Source: Trichinella spiralis
Lineage: Eukaryota
Assembly: GCF_000181795.1 (NCBI RefSeq)
Contig: NW_003526948.1
Location: 1,067,444-1,131,443 of the forward strand
Length of the DNA: 64,000 nt
Direction of reading: 5' to 3'
Part shown: positions 1 to 13,500 of the stretch, one piece after another
Position numbering within the stretch: the stretch's first letter is position 1
How the letters are laid out: each line of letters starts with the position of its first letter
Notes under the pieces: model-generated
What the model saw: the letters and a program-made list of their open reading frames with translations, nothing else
What the model was told of the DNA's origin: nothing
Database searches by the model: none
Translations under genes and position numbers: made by a program

Positions 1-200
1 TATTAAGATATTCATTTATTTCAACATGCTATTTGGTATTTGTAAACTCCATATGCACAGATGTTACGGAAAATACACTGCACATTTAAATTACTTTTCA
101 TTTATAACATATATTTTAGAAAAGAAAGAATATTTTACAAAATCACTTATAATAATAATAATAATAATATAATTGCAGGAAAATTATTCTGCTGCCATCA

Positions 201-2728
201 ATGATGCTCGCTATTCTAATGGACTGCGCTCTATGGTGGTTATTTAGGACTGTGTTGCTGGTTCTATCATTTCTTGGATTATGCACACTCGGTACACCAG
301 TAGACATTACTACACCTTTAGGTGTTGTTCGAGGCAAACTGGAAACAGTAGCAGGACATCCAGTTGCTTCATTTTTGGGAGTTCCTTTTGGGCAACCTCC
401 AGTTGGTCAATTACGTTTTCAACCACCACAAATGGTTAAACCGTGGTCTACGGTCAAATTAGCAACAACTCTTGCTAAAGCTTGTTACCAAGGAAAGGAT
501 ACAACATTTCCAGGATTTCGTGGTGCTGAAATGTGGAATGCTAATACTCCCATAGACGAAGACTGCCTATACTTGAACATGTGGGTGCCATGGGGCGTTC
601 GCAACGCTACTGTATTAGTATGGTTGTACGGTGGTGGATTTTGGTACGGCAGTCCATCTTTGGAATTGTATGACGGCCGAGCATTTGCATCTGAAGGAAA
701 TGTAATCATTGTCAATCTCAATTATCGAATGGGTGTTTTTGGATTCTTGTACTTGGATGATCCTCGAGTACCAGGCAACATGGGTTTGCTAGATCAGCAA
801 CTGGGTTTGCGTTGGATTCGTGAAAATATTGCTTACTTTGGTGGAAACCCGGATAGTGTATGTTTAATTGGTGAAAGTGCCGGCGCAGCTAGTATTGTTG
901 CGCATATGATATCTGCACAAAGTCAACCTCTGTTTAAAAATGGTATCCTTCAAAGTGGTGCTTTAGACAATCCTTGGGCAATGGAAGTTCCCAAAAAAGC
1001 TTATGGAAAAGCGATGGATTTTGTACGATCACTTAAATGTGATTTTAGTGAAAAAGCGTTGATTATAGATTGTCTACTGAATAAAACTGCCAAACAATTG
1101 AATGACGCCCTGTGGGATGTTACGCTTTCTTTTCTGGAATTTCCATTTGTAATAGTCAGTAAAGATCGAGCCGGATTTTTTACTGAAGATGCATTTATCT
1201 CTCTGCACGAGGGCCATTACAAGAAGGACATGGATTTGATAATTGGAATCAACGAAGATGAAGGCTCTTTTTGGACTTTCTATTACCTTCCGCGTTATTT
1301 TCGGTATAATACTTTTTTCTTTCTTTTCTTTAATAATTTATGTTTTCAATTCATTAATTCTCTATTTACAAACAACTAATGAAACAGGGCTATTGCTTTC
1401 ATTTAAAAATTCAGTTCAGCTAAACTTTTATGTTAGTCTCATTACTGAATTCAGTTTGAGTTTAACAATTCAACTACTTTGAATGTGTTAAAAAAAAGAT
1501 TCTGCAAATGAGCAAGCTTTATTCAGCTCCTTATTTTTCAATTTATTAATTGCATGATGGTAAGCATTATAATTTATCAAATTCTCATGCTGTTGTTATA
1601 TTAATATGATACATTATTTAATTTTTAATTTTCATACGTCTACAATAATTTCAGTTTATATTCAACTTCTTTCTAATATCAAATATCAGCTGATATAAAT
1701 AAATTTGAATAAATGAATATCTACATGCACAATATATTTTTTTTTTATTTTTTCTTTGTTTAAATTGATGAGAATCGATTAATTTAATTTATATATCCAT
1801 TATTTATTGTCTAAAAAGCTTTAAAATGATCGTAAAATGATTATTTTTAAAACGCATGCAGATGATAATTGAATTTTAGCATTGACCAAGAAAATTTGTT
1901 AAATCAAGAAGCATTTTTGGAATGCTTAGAGGAAGCTTTGTCATTATATTCACCGGTAATGCGACGAGCAGCAGCTTTTCATTATTGGGATCGACAGTGT
2001 CGAAATCAACCATTTCATTATCGTGATGCTGTCAATAAAATGGTGGGCGATTACTTTTTTACTTGTGATTCGATGTGGTTTGGAGAAGAGATGTTGCGCC
2101 ACAACAGCGGCAGTCACATTTATGTTTATCATTTCAAGCAACGATCGTCAAGCAATCCGTGGCCAGCATGGGCAGGTGTAATGCACGGATATGAAATTGA
2201 ATTTGTATTCGGCTTACCATTACTACATCCGGCGAATTACACTGCCCAGGAAGCGGAATTTAGTAAAGAAATTATCCGATATTGGACTACGTTTGCATCT
2301 ACAGGGTCTTGATTTTTATATCTTTGCAAGTTATGATTAGATGTGATGTTGTTGTTTGCTTCTTTCTTTTATTTATTTCAGGAAACCAGAAGTACCTCAG
2401 CGTAGTCTCCAATGGCCACAGTATACATTAGAAAGTAAACAGTCTTTTGCGCTGAAATTTCGCAACAGAGAAATTGAATATCATTTAAAAGAAGATACTT
2501 GTAAAACTTGGCGAGCAGCTCGAGAAATTGAATATTTGCTGCACAAAAATGAATTAAATGCAGGTTAGCAAAACAAAACAATTTTTTATCAAAAACTGAA
2601 GTGAATTTCAATTAATTATTCTGTTAAAAATAAAGTTTTTTCTTATAGGCCAAAAAAATTGTCACAGTCAAATTTTGTGCATCATGGTGGCTTTTATCTC
2701 GTTTCTGTGCTCTATACTGAAAATATAA
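201..2728 (+). CDS. ace: Acetylcholinesterase, 4 exons (201-1303, 1880-2305, 2382-2563, 2649-2728); ACE-2-like, probably GPI-anchored
   Basis: Hydrophobic signal peptide; GAEMWN choline-site Trp; EDCLYLN; oxyanion-hole YGGGF; catalytic triad IGESAG (Ser), NEDEG (Glu) and GVMHGYEIEFVFG (His). GT-AG introns join in frame (F-R|I-D-Q, T-G|K-P). The last exon encodes the hydrophobic tail GQKNCHSQILCIMVAFISFLCSILKI*. Confidence 0.93.
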
Positions 2729-3092
2729 GTGTCTTATTCAATTGGTTTCGAACAACTCCACGAATTTTATTTATTATCTGTTCATTGTGCACTTTGTGTT
2801 TTATGTAGATTATCTATCCGTCTATCTCTGGATAAATACTATTTGTTCCACATATAATAAATAAATGGATAATACTTAATCTTTGATGAAATTTTCATTT
2901 CTAGGACTGTTTTCGTTTGAAATTTTAAAATTCACCATCAATATCAATCAACGAGATTGATTTCATCTTTCCAATGCAATTATTTTACATGAATTTGATA
3001 CAGCATGGAACGTGTTTCAATTCTACGCGAAACTGAACGCATATTTAGAAAACTTTTCAAAAAACAACAACATCAATTATACAAAACATTTA

Positions 3093-4453
3093 TTATTTTC
3101 CGCGTAGTTTCAACTGGCTTTCATAAATAATAATTTTTGTCCGAATAGCATTAGCAATTTCTTCAGCATTTCTACTCTGTCCATAATAATCTACAAAACC
3201 GCCATCCGGGTTTATCAAATACATAATTATAGTATGATCAACCTGCAAAATTTAAATTTATATAAACAAATAATAATGAAAAGATCAATTAAAGTACAAT
3301 ATAATCATCATCTTGATCTCGTGGACCCTGGCTTCGATAAACACGAAACGCTTTACATATTTTGTTCACTTGCTCTTCACTACCAGTAAGTCCGAGTAGT
3401 TTTGGTGAAAATTCTACAGTATGCCGTAAATGTAAAAGAGAGATTAGCGCAAACTGTAAAATAAAATTAGCCACCTTCCACATAACTCTTCACCGCTGCT
3501 GGATCGTCTCTTTCAGGATCAACAGAAACAAACAATGGTTTTACAATGGCAAACTCTTTATCTTTGTCTAAAGTTGTCCAAATAATATAGTGCGCGTTGA
3601 AGAGAACGAAAAATTACAAACCCAAAATTGAAATAATTTTGCACATTTTTTCAATTTCATCTGGACACACGTCAGGACAGTGAGTAAAACCAAAATAAAT
3701 AAGCAGCCATTGTCCTTTGAAATCTTCAGATTTCACCGGCTGACCATAATGATTCACAAGTTCCCACGAGCCACCGATTAAAGATTTACCAATAATTCTT
3801 TTCTTTTCCAAATTTATCACTGAATGACAACAAAATTAATCATAATGATTTCAAAAACCCATAATTTGAAAAATGACAAATCTGAAATGAATCAAAGCAA
3901 AACAATTTCCCCTTTCAAATTCAAATTATGTACAAATTTTCATGCAAATATAATAAAATATCGCAGACAACATATTAAGTGAACTCACTTCATTTTAATA
4001 TTTTGTTACATAAACCTAACTTACACTTGTCTTTCTCTTTTTTCAAATAAAATAAATAAACAAGAAGTATTCCTCCAACTGCCATACTCATTATAAAATT
4101 TGTCCATGAAATGGGCTAAAGCAGAAAGTTGTGCAACAATGCATTCGTAAGAATACAGTTTTCACAAAATGATTAATTTACTTACACCTTTCATTAGAGT
4201 ACGAGGACCAAGATTTCTTTTCATTTCACTGAATTCACAAACCTGACACAGAATACATGTTCGTGGTTTAACAAACACTGCAGCATGTGCAGTTATTTTG
4301 GCAGGCACCTAAACATAAATATTCGTAAATCATATTTAAGCCAAAAATATTGACCAAAAAACGCACATATTTCTGGATGAACTTATTTTGAATGTGAAAC
4401 CTACTTTGAAATCCAAAATAAGATCGAATCAGCAAAGGCTTTGAAAGCTGCAT
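3093..4453 (-). CDS. sco-1: SCO1/SCO2 cytochrome c oxidase copper chaperone (multi-exon)
   Basis: Basic mitochondrial-presequence-like N-terminus; KG|PISW followed by a TM segment; [17 protein letters not shown] (CxxxC copper motif); [45 protein letters not shown] (copper His); TAA at 3095-3093. Confidence 0.93.
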
Positions 4454-7400
4454 ATGTCTACAAATTCACATTAATGATAAATGAATATATTTCATGTGAA
4501 AATATTCAAAGCTAATAAAAAAGGTATTAAATTTTCATAGTTGACAATTATTTTAATTAGAAATGAGATTCTAAATAGAAGTTTGCACTTTAATAAAAGA
4601 AATTATTTGGCTACGTAAAAATATTTACGCTTACAGATAAATTACCATAAATGATTTTCACGTTCAGCTACAAAAAGGAAAATATTCAAATCATTTTATA
4701 AAAAAAATGAATAACATATTTATGAAATTTGATGACAATTTCTGTTTGTAATTCAACATTTACGACTTCTGATTGTCATTGAAAGAAATAGGAAAGCGCC
4801 AAACAATAAAATTAAAGCAATGGACGAGTCAACCTTTTCTGTGTTCAAGTGATATAAAATACTGATGTACACTTTAAAATAAATATTAGAAACGTGATTG
4901 CGATTTATAAAATATTTTTCTCTATTTATTTAGTAATATTTTATAGGATTTATGTAAACGTTATCGCATCAGTAAAAGAGATTAAACATTTTAATGGCAT
5001 GCAGTGATTGAATAATGTAGCAGAATTTTGTAAGAGATTTTCTTTTATTGTTAGTTTTTGTTTATGTTCATTCAAGTTGAATAGTTAACTTCATTAGCAC
5101 ATTTTAGATATGCTTAGAATATCAAGTAAACATCACTGGTAGGAAAGAAAAAAAAGATTGTGCTCAATTATCACAACATTCATTCCTCAGATGATCTAAC
5201 ACTTATTTTGTTCTTCAAAAATATTGAATTGTGTCTAATTCAGTTTGAATTATCGGAAATTCAACGGAAACGCCTCGATCTTCTGAAAAAATCGATACCT
5301 TTACTGAAGCTTGAAGACTTTCAATCTGAAACTCAATAGTAGAAATTTTGATTTTCTCCCCTGATGAAGAATTTATGGAAGTCATGTGGGCAAAGAAGCC
5401 AAGTTGCTCATTCATCTAGAATTATCTAGTTGTGCATTAAGTATTTCATCTGTGACACATCTGCTATAACCCATGCCTTACGGGCGATCTCGAAGTCTGG
5501 TAACTTCTGCATCATATTTTTATCCTAATTGTTGAACCTGTTTTCATTCAGGAAAATGGAACTACTACAGAATACGAATGGAGGCGACTGGCAAATATTG
5601 TCCATATAGAGGTGAGTGAATTTAATGAAACAAAAACCGATTGAACAGATAACGAAGAGTGCCGTTCTGTGCTTTCTTAATTGGCAACGTTGTTCATTTG
5701 ATGGTTTTGCATGATATGTAAATTTGAATTACTAATCAGCTAAACGGTTTCATCACACGACCACCGTTTTCTGTTATACTTCTTTTTCCATTTAAACTGC
5801 TAAAATTTCCACAAACACTGACCACTACCATTTGAAATATATGAAATATAATACTTAAAACATGCAATGCAAACATTGTAAAAATGCAAACGTTAAAAAA
5901 TGTAACTAATACTTTCGCATGAGGTTTGACATGAAAGCATAACATTTACCGCTATACAATTTTTGTTTATTAATTTTTAAAAATAATTTTAAGTAATGAA
6001 GAAATTTTCAAATAAGTCAAAATTTGAATGAAAGCATAAAATGCTTGGACGTAAGGAACAATTCTGTATGGTTAAGGAAAAGACGAATGCATGACAAAAT
6101 ATTTTTAATCAGCAAATATTTAACTGTAGCTTCTGAAACTTTTTATTATTTTTACTTGCATGAAATACATTCTATTCCATGTTAATCATGAATTTGAAAG
6201 TAAAACAACATTAATTATTCAATTCAAGCTGTTTAATTGAAAATCATCGACACAGTTTCAATGAAGTAATAAAATAATTGAATATACTGCAATTCATTGC
6301 TACAAGTTTAATAATAATAATAATAACCAATTTATTTAGTGAATTCAGTTTGAAAATCTAAATCGTATGCAAAATGCATGACATGCAAACTTTTTTAATT
6401 GCTTTTAAAGATAAAAAACAACAAGGCATTGTGCAAAGCAGGTAGCATATTATTTTTAAAATTTGCCTGTATCTATATTTATCAATCTATTTTTTCATTT
6501 TTAATTGAAATAAGATCAAAATTTAATGGATAAATTAATTTACATTTGAATTAATTATATATATATATATATGGGATTATGCACATTTTTATAAAATATC
6601 ATAATCAGTTGAAACTTTATACGAAGTTTGGAAAGTAGTGAAAACAGTTTTTACAGTTGCTCAGTTTTTATCAAATTTGCAAACAAACCAAACGCTGAGA
6701 TAATCCATTCTCTATTGATAACATTAGAAAATTTATATTATTATAATGTAAAATGGAAGTTTTGGATGCAGGCTAATAAATTTCAACATGCTCATAAAAA
6801 TACACAAACCAGCAAACAGGCACGACAACATCTCAAGCTTGCTCTGCCAAATGCGTTGAATACAATGGCTTCTCACCTGCGTAAATATGATCAGTTGACT
6901 TGTAGGCTTGTTTGCGCAGCAGATCTAACTGAAATTTTGGAGTTTGAAATCGTCAACAAATTGCCAATCTGTTGTTCTAGCAAAGACGTTTTGCATAAGT
7001 CTGTTGAACTGCAGTCGCTTTCGTCGTTCATATTTTCGAGGTAAATTACGAAGAATATTCGCATTAAAAATATGTATTTTTACATTTCTTTACTTTTTTT
7101 ATACATAAATAAGCATAAAATTAAATATCATATAATATGCCGAATTGATTGAATTATATTTTTGAATTTATTCTAATTCAATTTATTAAATTATAATTTC
7201 TCATAGAAGATATATGATAATTATCAAATTGCTTTAACAAACGTTTCTAACAATAATTTTTAAAATTTCAATTTGTCTCAAGTTAAATTAATTTGTTAAA
7301 TTTAGTTAAATTAAGTTAAATTCTTATTTTTAACAATTTACATTGTCATTTTACAAAACTTCCATAGTTAATTATTGATAATTGATACCGTTAATCATTT

Positions 7401-9830
7401 ATAATGATGTAATGAAGGTGAATCGAAAATTCTAATTATAATGCCAACTTCAGTAGAAATGATGCTAACAGAAACAGTAGAAATGATGCTGCGAGTTAAA
7501 ATCGAATCAGGTTGTTATGATAGTTAAATTATTTTTATTACAGATATTGAACATATTTAGTTATGTGCATCTTGTATTCTTTCAATATTATACAACTAAG
7601 TTTATAGCTTTTTTAGCATAGTAATTTTTAATTATATAAAATGAATTTAAAAACGTGAGTAACATTAATAGAAAATAATTAATAAGAATGCACACTGAAT
7701 AAAGCAATAAACATTTCGAAGTAAATTTAATCATCAGCTTATGTGCAATTTTATCGATGCATGTTTTTAAAACAGTTCATGAAATGAAGATAATGATAGT
7801 GTTATTAAATATATGGATAGATAGATAAGTAGATAGATAAATAAATAGATAGATAGAAACGTAAAAGTAAAATAAACAACAAGGATTGTACGCGAATAAT
7901 AATAATATTATAAATTTAATGATTTTTCAAAAAAAAATTATGATGTTATGAATATAATTTGCGCTTATTGTTTTCAAATGAATGCTGTAAAATTTTCAAA
8001 AAGATGATTAAATATATCGTGCTTTCTTTGTTTGTTTTTTCTTTTTCATCTTCCAGCCACAAATGCACAGAGATGCTTTTAAAATTGAGCTTGAAAAACC
8101 TTCATAAGATAGAATCACAAAGTTTATTCAATTCATTTCATTTCCTCATTGAATTTATCAGTGGTGTGTGTGTTTATTAGTGTTTTCATGGCAATTTTGA
8201 AATATAACAATATTTCATTTTCATCTTGTTCAACATCATGTAGTCGTAGAAATTTGTCCATTTGTTTTTTATTGAAATAAATTTGAAAGAAAAGACAAAA
8301 AAGCAAACAAAGCTAGGAAAGCTCCATCAGAGGTTTGGAACGATTGCATTGCAGTCGACGGAAGACGTTGAAATTCAGTTAGCCAAGCAATTTAGTCATA
8401 GCTAACAAGCATCATTAGTGATGAAGAAATTTTAAAAGCAGAAAAGAAAAGAATTAAACTTTTTATTTATTTCAAATAGAATGTAAATAAAAATCATCAT
8501 ACGTACATGCATATATATATATATATATATGTATGTATATATATACATATGTGTGTATGTGTATATATGCGGTCAAGTTTCACTGATGATGAAGTTGTTT
8601 TCAACGTTGACAACTGCTCCCCAAATTGCTGGGCTATATTTAGTTACACGTAGAAGTTAAATTCATGTGTTGAGGATTGAATAGAAAATGGTCAAATTAT
8701 CAAAAATATAGCTCAAATTTCTATGTTTGGAGTTTGAATTTTGATTTTTTTTGAAAGCTCAATCAATCCAGTAGAAAAATTGGCTGGACAGTTTAGTTCA
8801 GTTCAGAAATTGGATAATTTTAATTAATCTGATTGAGAGTTTTTCATTTTCTTTGTTTAAAATTAATCAATTCAGTTCTTTTTATGTTTTAAGTATATTT
8901 TTTTATAAAGTCTTTGGGCTGTCTCAGGATTGCTTTCTGGATATGATCTATCAACTCTTGCTTTATTACATATGGAATTAATCAATGCTAACAGCTGCTC
9001 AACTTTCTTTCTAAATTGCTTCGTTCTCTTACTTTGTCACATAAATATTTCTGCACTTCATCATTTGTTTATAAAATTTATTTTTTCAAAATTTCAAAGA
9101 ATTTTTGCTCTTTTCCATTTTCTCATAAAACTTGCTTCTACAACAGAACATGAAAAAATCAAAAACAGAATTTTCATTTTTAATTTATTGTTTCAAACTC
9201 TTTTCGACAATACAACAAGCATATTATTAGCCGAGTTTGTGAAAATCGAAACAAGCCTTAATTGAAACGGAAATTCAATTGTCAGTTGAAAGAATAGTTC
9301 GTTTGTTTCGACTAATATTGTAAAAATTATCCATTATCCTTTAGCATTCAAAATTTTCAATGTTTTAAAGATAAAGTGAAATTGTTAAGTGAAAAGTTTT
9401 TAGAAATTCAAATAATATCTAAAATTTTGAAATTTCAAAAATATTCATTGACAGAAACAAAAACGAAATTAATTATGCACGTGGACTTGATATTATTTAA
9501 AATTTAATGTTAGCACACTTGTGTCAGTGAAAAAATCACGTTGTCGTCGTTTTAATCAGTAAAGCATGATCATGCTCATTCGGCTTGTTAGTTGTTCGGC
9601 AATTATCTATCACTGAAAAAAGAACACTGAAAATTTTACAAATAAGCAATAAAATTCTGTTCAAATAAAAATAGTCTGCCTGTTTGTTCCCCTCAGTAAA
9701 TAATTAACATATCAGTCTGTATTTATAAAGTAATTCAAGGTCAATTTGATTAACTTTTTGAATATGAAATTACCGACAGCTTCATTGATGTGACAGTTTT
9801 AAGAATTTTGTTTTCAAAATTCATGTTTAG

Positions 9831-10521
9831 AAAGCAAAGCAACAAGATATAATTAGATCTCATAGCTTATTGAAAAATCGACAAGATCAAGCATCAAGAA
9901 CAGACACGATGTCACATTTCGTGAGAAAAATCTCAGCCAGCATAGTTGGCACTGCTCCTCGTAAAGATACCGCAAAAAATATGGCCGGTATGCAGCTAGA
10001 GACAGATTTTGTACCCATAAAATAAAATAATTAAGAAAGTGCTCTTTGTTATAGGAGATTTTTTGGTCGATCCATTTTATTCTGGCCAGACAGTACATGC
10101 TGGATATTCTGGCAGAAGTGAATTATTTATTTTTGATAAATTTTAGTTTTTATTATTTTACATATTTTCTCTCTTTCCAATTCAGTACTTGCTGAGCGAA
10201 TTCGCAGCATGATCGAGTCGGAAGATTTGCATGAGAAAACACTTCAAAGTCATCCACTGTTTTGTGAAATGCTTGTTTTGAAAGAAGACTTTGAAGATGA
10301 TAGCTCAGAAAAGTATTCCTGGAATGAAAAATCTAGATGGATCAAATATGAAGAACGTGTTGAAGAAGGTGAACGTTGGTCCAAGCCGCACATAAGCCTG
10401 TTGGAAATGGAAAGTTTGCTACAGCTTAAAAGCTGTTTGAAAAATTGCAACAGTTCTTTCAACGCTCAGGTGGAAAGCTATCCTGATTTAGTCGGTAATT
10501 TTGCCATTATAATCATATATT

Positions 10522-10568
<47 letters not shown>

Positions 10569-13500
10569 AAGATTAAAATTTTGTTTCAAATTACTACCAA
10601 AAATATCACCATTATTATTGGAATATAAAAATATTGGAAAAGTTGAATTGTTCATTCTATTGTTGATGATGATGCATTTTAGAAGTGATCGTTGAGTCGT
10701 GGTCAAAGCAATCAGACATACCAAAAAACGAATTAAAAATTTGCAGATCTATATTATTGGCAAAAAAACATCATTTGCGAAAGCAAAAATTGCGTATAGG
10801 TCAATTTTTTTCACTTTCTTTTGCATGTCATGTTTTGCAATTTTAATTTTGAAAATATTAATGAATCCATTTATTCATTAGGTGATATAGCGTCTGGAGA
10901 ATCATTTCTTGGTTTGCTTGATCATCAACCTGACGGTGGAGAAAACAGCAAAAGTTCATCAAAACCAGCAACACCACCCCCTCCAAAAGCTGCCCAGTCT
11001 AATTTATTAAGAAAAATTCCAAAAGATACAGAAGGTGCGAGCATTTTGATTGGCTACGTCAAGGGAATAAGCAAACCGATGGCACATTTTACTCGTCTGG
11101 CAAAAGGAGTAATTTTAAACGAAATGTTCGAGGTATGTTGAAATTGAAAATTAGCCAACCTGGATCGTATTTTTGTTCTATTTATTCTGAGCTTTATATT
11201 ACATGCAATTTTAGATTCCAATTCAGCTCAGATTCATTTTCGTTTTACTCCTCCCCTCTAATCATACAGAGCAATGTGCCCAATCGATTGGAACTTGCCT
11301 TGGAGCACTGTTTGCTGATGAAGTACTTATTATGCATCTATATTTAATCCTCTTTAGAATTGGATACTGATACAAATAACTAAAAACATAATTAATCATG
11401 TTAAATTATTGTTGCTTTGTAGATTTTTTCAAAAGTTTGCTACAAAGCACAAGATTGCAAAGATCTCGCTTACGCTGTTGATGAATTTACTGTTCAATCT
11501 ATAATCCTTCCAGCTGGAAAGTGGAATTTGTCAATTCGACTTGAACCACCGGAAGGCGGAAATCTGGTGATATAAATTTATTCAACATTTTCACATTTTT
11601 GTCATTCATTATAGTTTTTTTTCCATTTTAAATTTAGCTTCAACGTACAATAGGTAAACCTAAAGGACCAAGTGATTTCAGTTTAGATGAAAACATGGAA
11701 AAAAAATTAAAAAGAACCGGCAGGTAAAAACAGAAATAAATAATTTCAAATTAACATTTAACGTAGAATCTTTGGTGAAATTTAGAATCTTCGGTGGGCT
11801 GATCGAAGATGTTAAAGAAAAAGCTCCTTGGTTCATCAGTGACTTCACTGATGCATTTAAAGGACGTGTGACACAAACAATCGCTGCAGCAATTTTTCTA
11901 TTTTTTGCAAACATATCAAAAATTATAACCTTTGGAGGTGTTATGGATCATGTTTTAGGAAAGGAAATTGTACGTTGACGTTGACAATTACATCAATAAA
12001 CAATTCAACTCATACGCAGATCTATACTACATATAATGCATTGCAGGGAACAATTGAAAATGTACTGGCTGGTGGAATATGTGGTGTTATTTATGCTATC
12101 TTTTCGGGACAACCAATTTGCGTACTGTCAGCTACTGGACCGTGCCTTGTCTTTGAAACAATTCTACATTCATTGTGCAAGTAAGTTTGATCGAAAAATA
12201 AAACTTATACTTCACGAAATGAAAAGAAAAAAATGTATTATATTTATGCAGTTGTTTTACAACTGAGCAGCTGATTATAATTTCACATTTTGCAGAAATC
12301 AGGGATGGAACTTTTTATGTGTAAGATTTTGGGTTGGGGCTTGGACTGCTGTTTTCTTGTTAATTTTCGTTGCTTTGGACGCCTCGGTAATGGTCAGCTG
12401 GATAACAAGATTCACTGAAGAAGCGTTTGCCACGCTGATTTCTTTAATTTTTTTGGTCAAAGCAGTGGAAGAATTATTTGCCATTGTTGCGGAATATCCT
12501 ATTCTACCAGAACTTAAAGTAATAATTTTATCAATACAAAATAAATTATTATAAAATACTACAGTTTAAATTGTCTTTTATTGTCAGAAGATAGATTTTA
12601 ATTGAATAACTTTTTGTTTTGGTAAATTTAATGCCATCTGTTGCAGGCAGTCTGCAACGCAAATTATTATACATGAAATACTTAATTTTTTCTCGTCTTT
12701 TTCAACTTATAATAAATGATAAATCTTATATACAATATCACATAAAAATTATGCTAGTCAATAAATACAATATAATGATACAAAGGTACAATTACTTTTG
12801 TAGAAGAAATACAGTAACATTTTTTAGATTTTCCTAAATGATACTATTTCTAATGGAACAAATGGTATGATATTTGCAAACAGAGATATTGCTTTGACTT
12901 TGCCAGAAGAAATTTTTAATCACACAATAGCAGGTAAAAAAAACAGAAGATGCTGCTGATAAACAGTGAAATATAAATGCTAAATTTAGAATGTTTACAA
13001 GCTGGCCACGACTATCAGAATGGCGAATGCATCATGAGGCTACAAGTGTTTCTATTCTCAATAGTGTTGTTTTTTGCAACATTTGCAATAGCATTTGCAT
13101 TGAAATGGTTCAGACATTCAGGCATATTTTCTAGTTGGGTAATTCAATTAATTTCCTATATCGTATCAAATTTTATGAATATAAAAAAGAAGAAAACCAT
13201 TCTTTCATTATTATATTTTTTGGACAACTTTAGACGAGAAACATCATTTCTGATTTTAATGTTACAATAGCAGTTGCACTGATGACACTTACAAACTGGT
13301 ACTCGGGCTTGAATGCACCTTGTCTCCACGTTCCAGACAGATTCATTGTAAGAAATGAGAAATAAAACCTAAACAGATATTTATTTTCAGTTTAAATGGC
13401 AAAATGCTTTTAGCCAACAACGAACCGAAGTTGGTTTATTAATCCGTTGCATGTTGACCCATGGTGGATTGGTCTCGCAGCCGGATTTCCGGCGCTTCTG

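Noticed and set aside
6628..7044. 138-aa ORF
   Set aside because: Non-ATG start, no recognisable homology and no supporting splice pattern.
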